Below the pieces are notes generated by a model that saw only the letters and a program-made list of their open reading frames with translations, did no database searches and was not told the origin of the DNA. Shown here in pieces: positions 32,217 to 41,450 of a stretch of DNA of 64,000 bases. Within the stretch, counting starts at the first letter, position 1. Each line of letters opens with the position of its first letter. Location of the stretch: the NCBI GenBank assembly GCA_964291675.2, contig OZ219866.1:2944001-3008000 (forward strand), given 5' to 3'. Made by a program: the position numbers and the translations under genes. The DNA is from Alphaproteobacteria bacterium (GTDB lineage: Bacteria; Pseudomonadota; Alphaproteobacteria; MPNO01).

Positions 32217-33329
32217 ATGAACGCCACGGTCTATCTGGACTACAACGCGAGCGCGCCGGTATGGCCCGAAGCCGCCGAGGCGGCGGCCGAGGCGATGCGC
32301 GCGGGCGCCAACGCCTCGTCCATCCACGCCCCGGGCCGGGCCGCGCGGGCGCGCGTCGAGCGGGCGCGCGAGTCGGTCGCCCGGCTGGTCGGCGCGGACC
32401 CGGCCGGGATCGTCTTCACCGGCGGCGGCACCGAGGCCAACAACCAGGCGATCCGCTGTTCCGGCGCCCGGCGCGTTCTGGTCTCGGCGATCGAGCACGA
32501 ATCGGCGCTGTCCGCCGACGAGGGTGCGGAACGGCTCCCGGTCACGGCGGACGGCGTCCTCGACCTCGAGGCGCTCGACCGCGCGCTGGCCGCCGATCCG
32601 CGTCCCGCCCTGGTTGCCGTCATGCTGGCCAACAACGAGACCGGCGTCGTCCAGCCGGTCGCCGAGGCGGTCGCGGCGGCGCGGCGCCACGGCGCCCGCG
32701 TCCATTGCGACGCGGTCCAGGCGGCGGGCAAGATCCCGGTCGATGTCGCGGCGCTGGGCGCGGACAGCTACGCCCTCTCCGCGCACAAGCTGGGCGGGCC
32801 GCAGGGCGTCGGCGCGCTGGTGCTGCGCGATCCCGACGGCGCGGCGCCGCTGATCCATGGCGGCGGGCAGGAGCGCGGCCGGCGCGCCGGCACCGAGAAC
32901 GTCGCCGGGATCGCGGGTTTCGGCCGCGCGGCGGAGATCGCGGCCGAGCGGCTGGACGACTTCGCCCGCCTGTCCGCGCTGCGCGACCGGATGGAGGCGG
33001 ATATCCGCGCGCTCGATCCCGCCGCCTGGATGCCGGGCGCCGCCGCGCCCAGGCTGCCCAACACCTCGATGGCGATCATGCCGGGCTGCGAGAGCGCGGC
33101 GCAGGTGATCGCCATGGACCTCGACGGCATCGCGGTCAGCGCCGGCTCCGCCTGCTCCTCCGGCAGGGTGCGCCCGCCTTACGTGCTCGCCGCGATGGGC
33201 GTGGACGGGGAAGCGGCGATGTGCGCGCTCCGCGTCAGCCTCGGCTGGCGCACCACCGCCCAAGAGGTCGACCGCTTCGTCGCCGCCTGGGCGCGGCTGC
33301 GCCGCCGCACCGCGCGCCGCGTCGCCTGA
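32217..33329 (+). CDS. Cysteine desulfurase (IscS/NifS family)
   Basis: YLDYNAS, NNETG, SAHKLGGP, SAGSACSSG. Confidence 0.93.
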   Translation: MNATVYLDYNASAPVWPEAAEAAAEAMRAGANASSIHAPGRAARARVERARESVARLVGADPAGIVFTGGGTEANNQAIRCSGARRVLVSAIEHESALSADEGAERLPVTADGVLDLEALDRALAADPRPALVAVMLANNETGVVQPVAEAVAAARRHGARVHCDAVQAAGKIPVDVAALGADSYALSAHKLGGPQGVGALVLRDPDGAAPLIHGGGQERGRRAGTENVAGIAGFGRAAEIAAERLDDFARLSALRDRMEADIRALDPAAWMPGAAAPRLPNTSMAIMPGCESAAQVIAMDLDGIAVSAGSACSSGRVRPPYVLAAMGVDGEAAMCALRVSLGWRTTAQEVDRFVAAWARLRRRTARRVA

Positions 33330-33339
33330 GGGCCGGACG

Positions 33340-33672
33340 GTGCCGCGCATCGCGTTCATATCGGCGGATGGCGGGCGCCGCGAGATCGACGCCGAGGCCG
33401 GCCGCTCGGTGCTGGAGATCGCCTGGGCGCACGGTGTCGAGGTCGAAGGCGCCTGCGAGGGCTCGATGGCCTGCTCGACCTGCCATGTGATCCTGAGCGA
33501 GGCCGATTACGACCGGCTACCGCCCTCCAGCGACGACGAGGAGGACATGCTCGACCTCGCCTGGGGGGTGACGCCGGTATCCCGCCTCGGCTGCCAGATC
33601 GTCGTCACCGAGGCGCTCGACGGGATCGAGCTCACCCTGCCCGCCGAGACCGTCAACCACATGGACGACTGA
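33340..33672 (+). CDS. fdx: 2Fe-2S ferredoxin (adrenodoxin-like)
   Basis: GACEGSMACSTCH...SRLGC. Confidence 0.93.
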   Translation: MPRIAFISADGGRREIDAEAGRSVLEIAWAHGVEVEGACEGSMACSTCHVILSEADYDRLPPSSDDEEDMLDLAWGVTPVSRLGCQIVVTEALDGIELTLPAETVNHMDD

Positions 33673-33681
33673 GCCGTACCC

Positions 33682-34821
33682 ATGATTTCGCTCGACATCG
33701 ACAAGCCGCGCGAAGCCACCCTCGTGGCGGTCGCCATGTCGGGCGGCGTCGACAGCGCGGTGACGGCGGCCCTGGTCGCCGAGGCGGGCTACCGGGCGGT
33801 CGGCGTCACGCTGCAGCTCTATGACGACGGCACGGCGGCGTCGCGCAAGGGGGCGTGCTGCGCCGGGCAGGACATCTACGACGCCAGGCGCGCCGCCGAC
33901 GCGATCGGCATCCCGCACTACGTGCTCGACTACCGGAGCCGGTTCCGCGAGAGCGTGATCGAGCCCTTCGCCGACTCCTATGTCGCCGGCGAGACGCCGG
34001 TTCCCTGCGTGACCTGCAACCGGACGGTCAAGTTCCGCGACCTGATGGCGCTGGCGCGCGACTTCGGCGCCGATGCGCTGGCCACCGGGCATTACGCGCG
34101 CCGCCTGGCCGGGCCGGACGGGCCGGAGCTGCACCGCGCCGTCGATGCCGACCGCGACCAGAGCTACTTCCTGTTCGCGACGACGCGCGACCAGCTCGCC
34201 TTTCTGCGCTTTCCCCTCGGCGGCATGAGGAAGCAGGCAGTGCGCCGGGAAGCCCGGCGTCTCGCCCTGCCGGTGGCGGCCAAGCCGGACAGCCAGGACA
34301 TCTGCTTCGTGCCCGCCGGCGGCTATGCCCGAACCGTCGAGCGCCTGCGCCCCGGCGCCGCCGAGCCGGGCGACATCGTCGACCTCCGGGGCCGGCGTCT
34401 CGGCAGTCATGACGGGACGATAAACTTCACCGTCGGGCAGCGCCGCGGGCTCGCCATAGGCGGCACCGGCGAGCCGCTCTACGTGGTCCGCACCGAGCCC
34501 GCGAGGCGGCGCGTCGTGGTCGGCCCGCGCGATGCGCTGGCCCGCAGCGAGATCCGCATCGGCGGGCTCAACTGGCTCGCCGGCGCCCGGCCGCCGCCCG
34601 GCCCCGTCGCCGTGCGGGCGAAGATTCGCTCGATGCGCCCGCCCGCCGCGGCGACCCTGCGCGCGGGCTCGGGCGACGAAGCCACGGTCGCGCTGGATTC
34701 GCCCGAGCACGGCATCGCGCCCGGCCAGGCCTGCGTTCTCTACGACGGCGAGCGGGTGCTCGGCGGCGGCTGGATCCGCCAGACGCCCTTGGTCCTTGAC
34801 ACCGTCCGGGGCCGGCCGTAA
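33682..34821 (+). CDS. mnmA: tRNA 2-thiouridylase
   Basis: [35 protein letters not shown]. Confidence 0.97.
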   Translation: MISLDIDKPREATLVAVAMSGGVDSAVTAALVAEAGYRAVGVTLQLYDDGTAASRKGACCAGQDIYDARRAADAIGIPHYVLDYRSRFRESVIEPFADSYVAGETPVPCVTCNRTVKFRDLMALARDFGADALATGHYARRLAGPDGPELHRAVDADRDQSYFLFATTRDQLAFLRFPLGGMRKQAVRREARRLALPVAAKPDSQDICFVPAGGYARTVERLRPGAAEPGDIVDLRGRRLGSHDGTINFTVGQRRGLAIGGTGEPLYVVRTEPARRRVVVGPRDALARSEIRIGGLNWLAGARPPPGPVAVRAKIRSMRPPAAATLRAGSGDEATVALDSPEHGIAPGQACVLYDGERVLGGGWIRQTPLVLDTVRGRP

Positions 34822-34836
34822 AGCGTCCCCTCCGGT

Positions 34837-34912
34837 GGCGGAGTAGCTCAGTTGGTAGAGCAGCGGAATCATAATCCGTGGGTCGCTGGTTCGAGTCCGG
34901 CCTCCGCTACCA
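34837..34912 (+). tRNA. tRNA-Met (CAT), probably elongator
   Basis: 76-nt cloverleaf ggcggagtagctcagttggtagagc...gcgga-atCATaa-tccgt...ttcgagt...cctccgctacca with encoded CCA. Confidence 0.95.
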
Positions 34913-34982
34913 CTTATTTCCTTGAAATGGTTTACATTTTCCGCAGCCGAGTCCCCTCCGGCTTTGGCCGGGTCGGCGCAAC

Positions 34983-35285
34983 TTGCTCGGCGGCGCTGTG
35001 GATTTCCTGAGCCCAGCCGTTCTCCTGAGCCTTTTCAAATGGCTTTGGGATCAGTTTCCAATGTGGAGAATCCGGCGCTACGCTCCAAGCGCCAAAAGGG
35101 TAAGGCTTGTTGTCGCCTTGACTCGTTCAGACTACGAGGCCATCCCTTCAGACTTGAAGGAAGGCATCATGTTCCTTCAGTTACCCGACCAGCCACCAGA
35201 TCAAGGCGACCGGCCCCCCGACCCAGACGGTCACGAGAAGAACGAGCTGGACGGCACCGAGCCATCCGGGACGAAGGGGGAATGA
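34983..35285 (+). CDS. Hypothetical protein in lower-GC segment next to the tRNA
   Basis: 100-aa ORF with hydrophobic N-terminus and atypical codon use; no recognised motif. Confidence 0.35.
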   Translation: MLGGAVDFLSPAVLLSLFKWLWDQFPMWRIRRYAPSAKRVRLVVALTRSDYEAIPSDLKEGIMFLQLPDQPPDQGDRPPDPDGHEKNELDGTEPSGTKGE

Positions 35286-35574
35286 CCTCTTCGCCTCTTC
35301 GTACATGAGTTCCATGGAATCAATATAGTCTTCGTCAAGATTCTGGTAAAGCCAGTACATCGCTGGGGCAGCGTTGATCGTCGGTCACAGCCCAAGTCAC
35401 CCGGAGACCGCCAATTGCGCGCTCTGGGCGTCCATGGTCCCCCGGTTCGTCGTCCCCGACCGCCGCGCCCGCCGTACCGACAGTGTCGTACTTCGCAAGC
35501 TCCGGGCTCCCCGGCGAGGCCGGGACCCGTTCCCGTCCGATAGCGGGCGTCGACACGCATTTAAGAGAGAGTAT

Positions 35575-35603
35575 TTGACAAGATTATCCATCCATGATAG
35601 TAT
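35575..35603 (+). promoter_or_regulatory. Sigma70-like promoter
   Basis: TTGACA-N17-TAGTAT in an AT-rich patch. Confidence 0.6.
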
Positions 35604-35924
35604 TTCTAAAGGAATGTATCAATGATCCTTCATAAATACTTGAAAAGTCCTGAATTCTGTCTTAGCGTTCCCGGCCTCTGGGCGAGCGGCCCCGGCCGGG
35701 AGGGTGCTTCCGGCGAACGGCTTGACAGCGACCCCAGCGGTTCGGGAGGCATCTCGAACTCCCCACCCCCCGCTTTAGATTAGCCCCTCCAGCGGGGGGT
35801 GGGGGTTCTGAGCCGGCGACCGGCGCCGGCATTCGCGAAGCCGCCATGCCGGGCTTGCCCGGCGCCCGGCGGATCGTCAGTGTAGCCCCCCGGCGATCAC
35901 GCAACCCCTCGCTTCCCGGCCATT

Positions 35925-36995
35925 ATGGACCTGCTGCTTTCCGAAGAGCAACGCATGCTGCGCGACAGCGCCCGCCGCTTCCTCGCCGATACCGGCGGGG
36001 CGGAGCGGGTGCGGCGCCTGCGCGGGACCGAGCACGGCTTCGACCGCGAGGTCCTGCGGGCGATGGCGCAACAGGGCTGGCTCGGCGTGCTGGTGTCGGC
36101 CGACCGGGGCGGGCTCGGGCTCGGCCTCACCGAGGCGGCGCTGCTGCTGGAACAGGCGGGCCGCGCGCTCGCCCCCGAGCCGGCCGGCGCGTCGATCGTG
36201 ACGGCCGCCGCGCTCGCCGGCTGCGAGGGAACCGAAGCGCTGCTGGCGCGCGTCGTCGCGGGCGAGACGCTGGTGGTTCCGGCGCTCGCCGCCGATGGCG
36301 GTGGCGTCCGCGCGCGGCCGGAGGCGGGCGAAGTCGTGCTGCTCGACGGGTCCTGCGCCGGCGTGATCGCGGCCGGCGCCGCGGACGGGCTGCTGGTCGG
36401 CGCCGCCGGCCCCGACGGTCCGCTGCTCTGCCATGTCGAGGCCGGCGCCCGGGGGCTCGGGATCGCGCCCCGGCGCACGGTCGACGGCGCGTCGTTCGGC
36501 GACGTCGTCTTCGAGGGCGTCGCCGCGCGACCGCTGGCGGCGCGGCAGAACCGGGGGTTCGGCCGGCCGGCGGCGCTGCGCGACGGCCTGCTGGTCGCGG
36601 CCTCGGCGGAGCTTCTCGGGGCGATGGACGCGGCGCTCGACATGACGCTCGACTATCTCCGCACCCGCGAGCAGTTCGGCCGCCCTCTCGGCGCCTTCCA
36701 GGCGCTGCAGCACCGCGCCGTCGACGACTTCACCCGCATCGTCGGCACGCGGTCGCTGCTGTTCCGCATCGCCGGCGGCGACGGCGACATCGCGCCGGCG
36801 ATGGCCGCCGCGCTCAAGGCGCATGCCGCCGACTCGGCGCTCCTCGTGACCAAGTCGGCGATCCAGATGCACGGCGCCATCGGGTTCACCGACGAGCACG
36901 ATTCCGGGCTCTACCTCAAGCGCGCGATGACGCTCGCCGCCTGGCTCGGCAACCCCGCCGCCCAGCGCGCCCGCTACGCCGAGGCGATGCTGTGA
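35925..36995 (+). CDS. Acyl-CoA dehydrogenase family protein
   Basis: REQFGRPLGAFQALQH, IQMHGAIGFTDE. Confidence 0.9.
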   Translation: MDLLLSEEQRMLRDSARRFLADTGGAERVRRLRGTEHGFDREVLRAMAQQGWLGVLVSADRGGLGLGLTEAALLLEQAGRALAPEPAGASIVTAAALAGCEGTEALLARVVAGETLVVPALAADGGGVRARPEAGEVVLLDGSCAGVIAAGAADGLLVGAAGPDGPLLCHVEAGARGLGIAPRRTVDGASFGDVVFEGVAARPLAARQNRGFGRPAALRDGLLVAASAELLGAMDAALDMTLDYLRTREQFGRPLGAFQALQHRAVDDFTRIVGTRSLLFRIAGGDGDIAPAMAAALKAHAADSALLVTKSAIQMHGAIGFTDEHDSGLYLKRAMTLAAWLGNPAAQRARYAEAML

Positions 36996-37062
36996 GGGAA
37001 TGGCTGCCTGGCGGCGAAATTTGCGCTTAAATGGCGCAGGCACCCTTGGGAGGGACCGCGCC

Positions 37063-37905
37063 ATGATGATCCAGACCGCCCCGCCGGGCGAGCCCCGCTT
37101 CCTGTGCTCGATGCGCGAGCACAACGCGCTCTGCGGGCAGTTCGTGCGCGCCTTCGGCAACGACGCCTTCGAGCGCTGCGAGCCGCATGACGAGATGGTC
37201 TATGTCGTCAGCCACCACGACTACGGCTGGGACGCGTTCGACGGCAACCCGGTGCTCGACGAGCGCTCCGGCCTGCCCTGCGGCATCGGCAACGCGCCGG
37301 TGCCGGGCGGCACCGACACCGGCCGGCGCTCGGCCGAGGTCAACGAGGCGCGCCACCTCTATTGCGGGCTGCTGTCGTCGATGCATTCCTGGGGGCTCTA
37401 TCACGGGCGCTACGGCTACTCGGAGTTCCGGGTGCGGCCGGGCGGGTCGACCTCGATCCCGGTCGGGCCGGCCGACCGCGCCGACGTCGACCGCATGCTG
37501 GACGGCGAGATCGCGCGCCAGGAGCGCATCAGGGAGGCGCTCGCCGCCGACCCGGAGACCGCGCCCTGGGTGGAGGAGGCGCACCTCGTGCAGAACTACA
37601 AGCAGCTCCAGTTCTTCGACACGCTCGCGCTCTATTTCAACCTGCGCCACGAGACCGACCGCGGCGTCGAGACCTTTGTTTGCGTGCCGCGGGACGCCGA
37701 GACCGACGCCGAGGTGACGGTGACGCCGAGGGGCGGCGGCGTCTACGCGCTCGATCCGTTCCCCTTCGCCGGCGACCGGCTGGTAGCGGTGTGCAGCGGG
37801 CGCCATCTCGCCGCCTATGGCGAGGGCGAGGCGCCGGCAGACCTCGCCGCCGCGCTCGCGCTCCTGCCCGCCGAGACCCAGACCTACACCCTCGTGAAGG
37901 GCTGA
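37063..37905 (+). CDS. DUF3891-like (HD-like) protein
   Basis: EHNALCGQF, HHDYGW, SMH, LQFFDTLAL, LDPFPF pattern. Confidence 0.7.
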   Translation: MMIQTAPPGEPRFLCSMREHNALCGQFVRAFGNDAFERCEPHDEMVYVVSHHDYGWDAFDGNPVLDERSGLPCGIGNAPVPGGTDTGRRSAEVNEARHLYCGLLSSMHSWGLYHGRYGYSEFRVRPGGSTSIPVGPADRADVDRMLDGEIARQERIREALAADPETAPWVEEAHLVQNYKQLQFFDTLALYFNLRHETDRGVETFVCVPRDAETDAEVTVTPRGGGVYALDPFPFAGDRLVAVCSGRHLAAYGEGEAPADLAAALALLPAETQTYTLVKG

Positions 37906-37980
37906 ATGCACGCCGAGGTTGCAGCCCCGCCCGGCCCCGGCTAGGCTCGAACCAGCGCGCGATTGCGGAGACCGGCCGGG

Positions 37981-38424
37981 ATGGCCGCTGCGTTCGATAC
38001 CCTGACCGCCGCCCGCCGCATGGAAGACGCGGGGATGAAGCGCGAACAGGCGGAAGCCGTCGCCGAAGCCGTCCGCTCGGCCGCGGAATCCGACCGCGAA
38101 GAGTTGGCGACCAAGACGGATCTGGCAGGCGTCAAAGCCGACGTGGCGGCCGTCAGGTCGGAGCTCGCCGCGCTGAGGGCGGAGGTCAAGTCGGATCTCG
38201 ACGCGCTGAGGGCGGAGGTCAAGTCGGATCTCGACGCGCTGAGGGCGGAGTTCAAGTCGGAGCTCGACGCGCACAGGACGGAATTCAAGTCCGAACTCGA
38301 GACGGGTCTTGCGGGGCTCAGGGTGGAGCTGGTGGACCGGATCCAATCGACCGAACGGCGCATGTATGCCGCCGTCTTCGGCGTTGGCGGGCTGCTGTTC
38401 GCCGCGCTCAAGCTGGTTCCCTGA
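37981..38424 (+). CDS. CCDC90/DUF1640-like coiled-coil protein, copy 1
   Basis: FDTLTAARRMEDAGMKREQAEA head, LATKTDL neck, 11-aa repeat stalk, C-terminal TM. Confidence 0.85.
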   Translation: MAAAFDTLTAARRMEDAGMKREQAEAVAEAVRSAAESDREELATKTDLAGVKADVAAVRSELAALRAEVKSDLDALRAEVKSDLDALRAEFKSELDAHRTEFKSELETGLAGLRVELVDRIQSTERRMYAAVFGVGGLLFAALKLVP

Positions 38425-38580
38425 CGCCGGAAGCAGGCGATCCCGCCGCCGCGTTCGCGGGCCCGCCGACCGACATTCGGACCCACACACTTGTGAACGT
38501 CCGATCCTCGGATGGCATTGCGGGTGCATCCGGTCACGGCTACGCTTGCCTCAGCGCGCCGCGTAGGGACATGGGTTGGA

Positions 38581-38892
38581 ATGGCCGCCGGTTTCGACAC
38601 CCTGACCGCCGCCCGCCGCATGGAAGAGGCGGGCATGAAGCGCGAGCAGGCGGAAGCCGTCGCCGAAGCCGTCCGCACCGCTGCGGAATCCGGCCGCGAG
38701 GAGCTGGCGACCAAGACTGACGTGGCAGCTGTCAAGACGGACCTGGCGGAACTCAAGGTAGAGCTCAAGGGGGACATCTCCGCGCTCAGGGTGGAGCTCG
38801 TGGACCGGATGCAGTCCGGCGAACGGCGCATGTATGCCGCCGTCTTCGGGGTTGGCGGGTTGCTGTTCGCCGCGCTCAAGCTGGTTCCCTGA
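38581..38892 (+). CDS. CCDC90/DUF1640-like coiled-coil protein, copy 2 (short stalk)
   Basis: Head and TM tail nearly identical to copy 1. Confidence 0.85.
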   Translation: MAAGFDTLTAARRMEEAGMKREQAEAVAEAVRTAAESGREELATKTDVAAVKTDLAELKVELKGDISALRVELVDRMQSGERRMYAAVFGVGGLLFAALKLVP

Positions 38893-39009
38893 CGCCGACC
38901 GGTACCCGGACCCACGCAGTTGTGAAGTCATGACCGTGCGACGGCGTTGCCGGTGCATCCGGTCGCGGCTAGGCTCGCCCCATCGTCGCGAGCGCGGAGA
39001 CCGGCCGGG

Positions 39010-39302
39010 ATGGCCGCAGCCTTCGATACCCTGACCGCGGCCCGCCGCATGGAACAGGCGGGGATGAAGCGCGAGCAGGCGGAAGCCGTCGCCGAAGCCG
39101 TTCGCTCGGCTGCCGAGTCCGGCCGCGAAGAGTTGGCGACCAAGATGGACATCGCAAGATGGACATCGCGGCTCTCAAGGTGGACATGGCGGCACTCAAG
39201 GCCGAGCTCCTGGACCGGATGCAATCCGGCGAACGGCGCATGTATGCCGCCGTCTTCGGGGTTGGCGGGCTGCTGTTCGCCGCGCTCAGGCTGGTTCCCT
39301 GA
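39010..39302 (+). pseudogene. CCDC90/DUF1640-like copy 3, frameshifted
   Basis: 14-bp tandem duplication caagatggacatcg (39141-39168) shifts the frame; removing one copy restores a 93-codon ORF. Confidence 0.85.
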
Positions 39303-39392
39303 CGCCCGCGCGGGGCCGCGCCCGCCGCATGCACGCGCCGCGCCGGTCTGTTACTCTCGCGCGCAACTGCAATCCGAAAGGCCGGTCGCGCG

Positions 39393-40640
39393 ATGAAGGT
39401 GCTCTGGTTCCATCTGATGCCCTACACCGAGCTCCCCGACGACTTCAAGGAGCGCCACCCGGGTGTCTGGGTCGAGATCGACCCGGCGCTGTTCGATCCC
39501 GAACGCGCGCACCTGATGTACAACGACTTCATGGACGAGCTCGAATTCGCCGCCGAGCAGGGGTTCGACGGGATCTGCGTCAACGAGCACCACTCCAACG
39601 GCTACGGGCTGATGCCGTCGCCCAATTTGATCGCCGCCAGCCTGGCGCGGCGCACCGGCGACGCGGCGATCTGCGTGATGGGGAGCTCGGTCGCGCTCTA
39701 CGACCCGCCGATCCGGGTGGCCGAGGAGTTCGCGATGATCGACTGCATATCGGGCGGGCGGCTGATCGCCGGCTTCCCGGTCGGCACGCCGATGGACACC
39801 TGCTACGCCTACAGCCGCAACCCCGGGCTCTTGCGCCCGCGCTACTACGAGGCGATCGACCTGATCACCCGCGCCTGGCGCGAGGAGAAGCCGTTCCCCT
39901 ATAACGGCCGCTTCAACCGGCTGCGCTACGTCAACCCGTGGCCGCGCCCGGTCCAGAAGCCGCGCCCGCCGGTCTGGGTGCCGGGCTCGGGCTCGGTCGA
40001 GACCTGGCGGATGTGCTACGAGAACGACTTCGTCTACGCCTACCTCTCCTACTGGGGCTACAAGGCGGGGCTCGGCGTGATGAAGGGGTTCTGGGAGGAG
40101 ATGAAGGCGATGGGGGCCGAGCCCAACCCCTACCACGCCGGCTTCCTCCAGGCCGTCGGCGTCGCCGAGAGCCGCGCCGAGGCGGTCGACCTCTATGCCG
40201 GGCCGGCGAGCTATTTCTATGACCGCTGCCTCCATCTCGACCCCAAATTCGCCCGCCCGCCGGGCTATGTGTCGGAGGCGACGGTGCGCTCGCGCATCAC
40301 CTCGCAGGTCTCCCGGGCGGCCGACCAGGCGATCGCCGCGCGGCCCTTCCATTCCGAGGACGCCAACGTCCTGGAGCAGGGCCACGTCATCGTCGGCAGC
40401 CCCGACGAGGTCGCCGACCAGCTCCGCGAGGTGGCGGTCAACCTCAATGTCGGCCACCTGATGCTGCTGCTCCATTTCGGCGACATGTCGAAGGACCTGA
40501 CCAGGTACAACACAAGGCTGTTCGCCGAGCGGGTGCTGCCGCAGATCGCCGATTTGTTCGACGACGAATGGGAAGACAAGTGGTGGCCCAGCCCGATGCC
40601 GAGCCAGAGCCGCGCGGTGCCGGAGCCGGTCGCCGTATGA
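39393..40640 (+). CDS. LLM-class flavin-dependent monooxygenase
   Basis: GFDGICVNEHH, RVAEEFAMID, SGGRL, PRPVQKPRPP. Confidence 0.9.
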   Translation: MKVLWFHLMPYTELPDDFKERHPGVWVEIDPALFDPERAHLMYNDFMDELEFAAEQGFDGICVNEHHSNGYGLMPSPNLIAASLARRTGDAAICVMGSSVALYDPPIRVAEEFAMIDCISGGRLIAGFPVGTPMDTCYAYSRNPGLLRPRYYEAIDLITRAWREEKPFPYNGRFNRLRYVNPWPRPVQKPRPPVWVPGSGSVETWRMCYENDFVYAYLSYWGYKAGLGVMKGFWEEMKAMGAEPNPYHAGFLQAVGVAESRAEAVDLYAGPASYFYDRCLHLDPKFARPPGYVSEATVRSRITSQVSRAADQAIAARPFHSEDANVLEQGHVIVGSPDEVADQLREVAVNLNVGHLMLLLHFGDMSKDLTRYNTRLFAERVLPQIADLFDDEWEDKWWPSPMPSQSRAVPEPVAV

Positions 40641-41428
40641 CGAGCATCGCCCAACGCTCCGCCGCGGTTTCCGGCGGCGAGCTGCGGGTATGGGAGAAGG
40701 GCGCGGGGCCGGGCGTGTGCTTCTTCGCCGGCGTCGTCGGGCTGCCCCGCTGGCTGCCGGTGCTCGACCTTCTGGCCGGGGCGCATCGCGTCGTCGCCCC
40801 GTCGCTGCCCGGCGCGCCGGGCGGGCATTCGGCGGACCTCCTCGACGAGCATGTCGACTGGCTGCTGGCCGCGCGCGACGCCCACCTTGCGGCGGAGACC
40901 GACGGCGGCGCGCTGATCGGCGCCTCGACCGGCGGCGCGCTCGCCGCCGATGTCGCGGCGGTGTGGCCGGGGGCGGTGGCGAGGCTGGTGCTGATCGCCC
41001 CGTTCGGCGTGTTCGACGAGGCCGAGCCGATCGCCGACATCTTCGCCCAGCGCCCCGCCGACCGTTCGCCGCTGCTCAGCAACCGGCCGGACGAGCTCGA
41101 CGCCTATACCGCCGCCGCCGCCGGCGACGCGGACGAGACGCTCGAATGGGACCTCGCGATGCAGCGCGCCAACAACGCGGCGGCGCGCCTGCTGTGGCCG
41201 CTCGGCGATACCAGGCTGGCGACGCGTCTCGGGCGGATCGCCTGCCCGACGCTGCTGCTCCGGGGCGCCGACGACCGGGTGATGCCGCGCTCCTACGCCG
41301 CGCGCATGGCGGATGCGATCTCCGGCCCCACCACGATCCGCGAGATAGCGGGCGCCGGCCACATGGCCGAGTTCGACCGCCCCGACGCGGTGGCGGCGGC
41401 GATCGCGGAGTTCCTCGCCGCGGCCTGA
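40637..41428 (+). CDS. Alpha/beta fold hydrolase
   Basis: GASTGG nucleophile elbow, GADD, AGH. Confidence 0.88.
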   Translation: MTSIAQRSAAVSGGELRVWEKGAGPGVCFFAGVVGLPRWLPVLDLLAGAHRVVAPSLPGAPGGHSADLLDEHVDWLLAARDAHLAAETDGGALIGASTGGALAADVAAVWPGAVARLVLIAPFGVFDEAEPIADIFAQRPADRSPLLSNRPDELDAYTAAAAGDADETLEWDLAMQRANNAAARLLWPLGDTRLATRLGRIACPTLLLRGADDRVMPRSYAARMADAISGPTTIREIAGAGHMAEFDRPDAVAAAIAEFLAAA

Positions 41429-41450
41429 ACCGCCCCCGGGACCGCGCGGG

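Noticed and set aside
37981-39302. Diversity-generating retroelement template/variable repeats
   Set aside because: No reverse transcriptase in view; differences are stalk indels, not adenine-specific substitutions.
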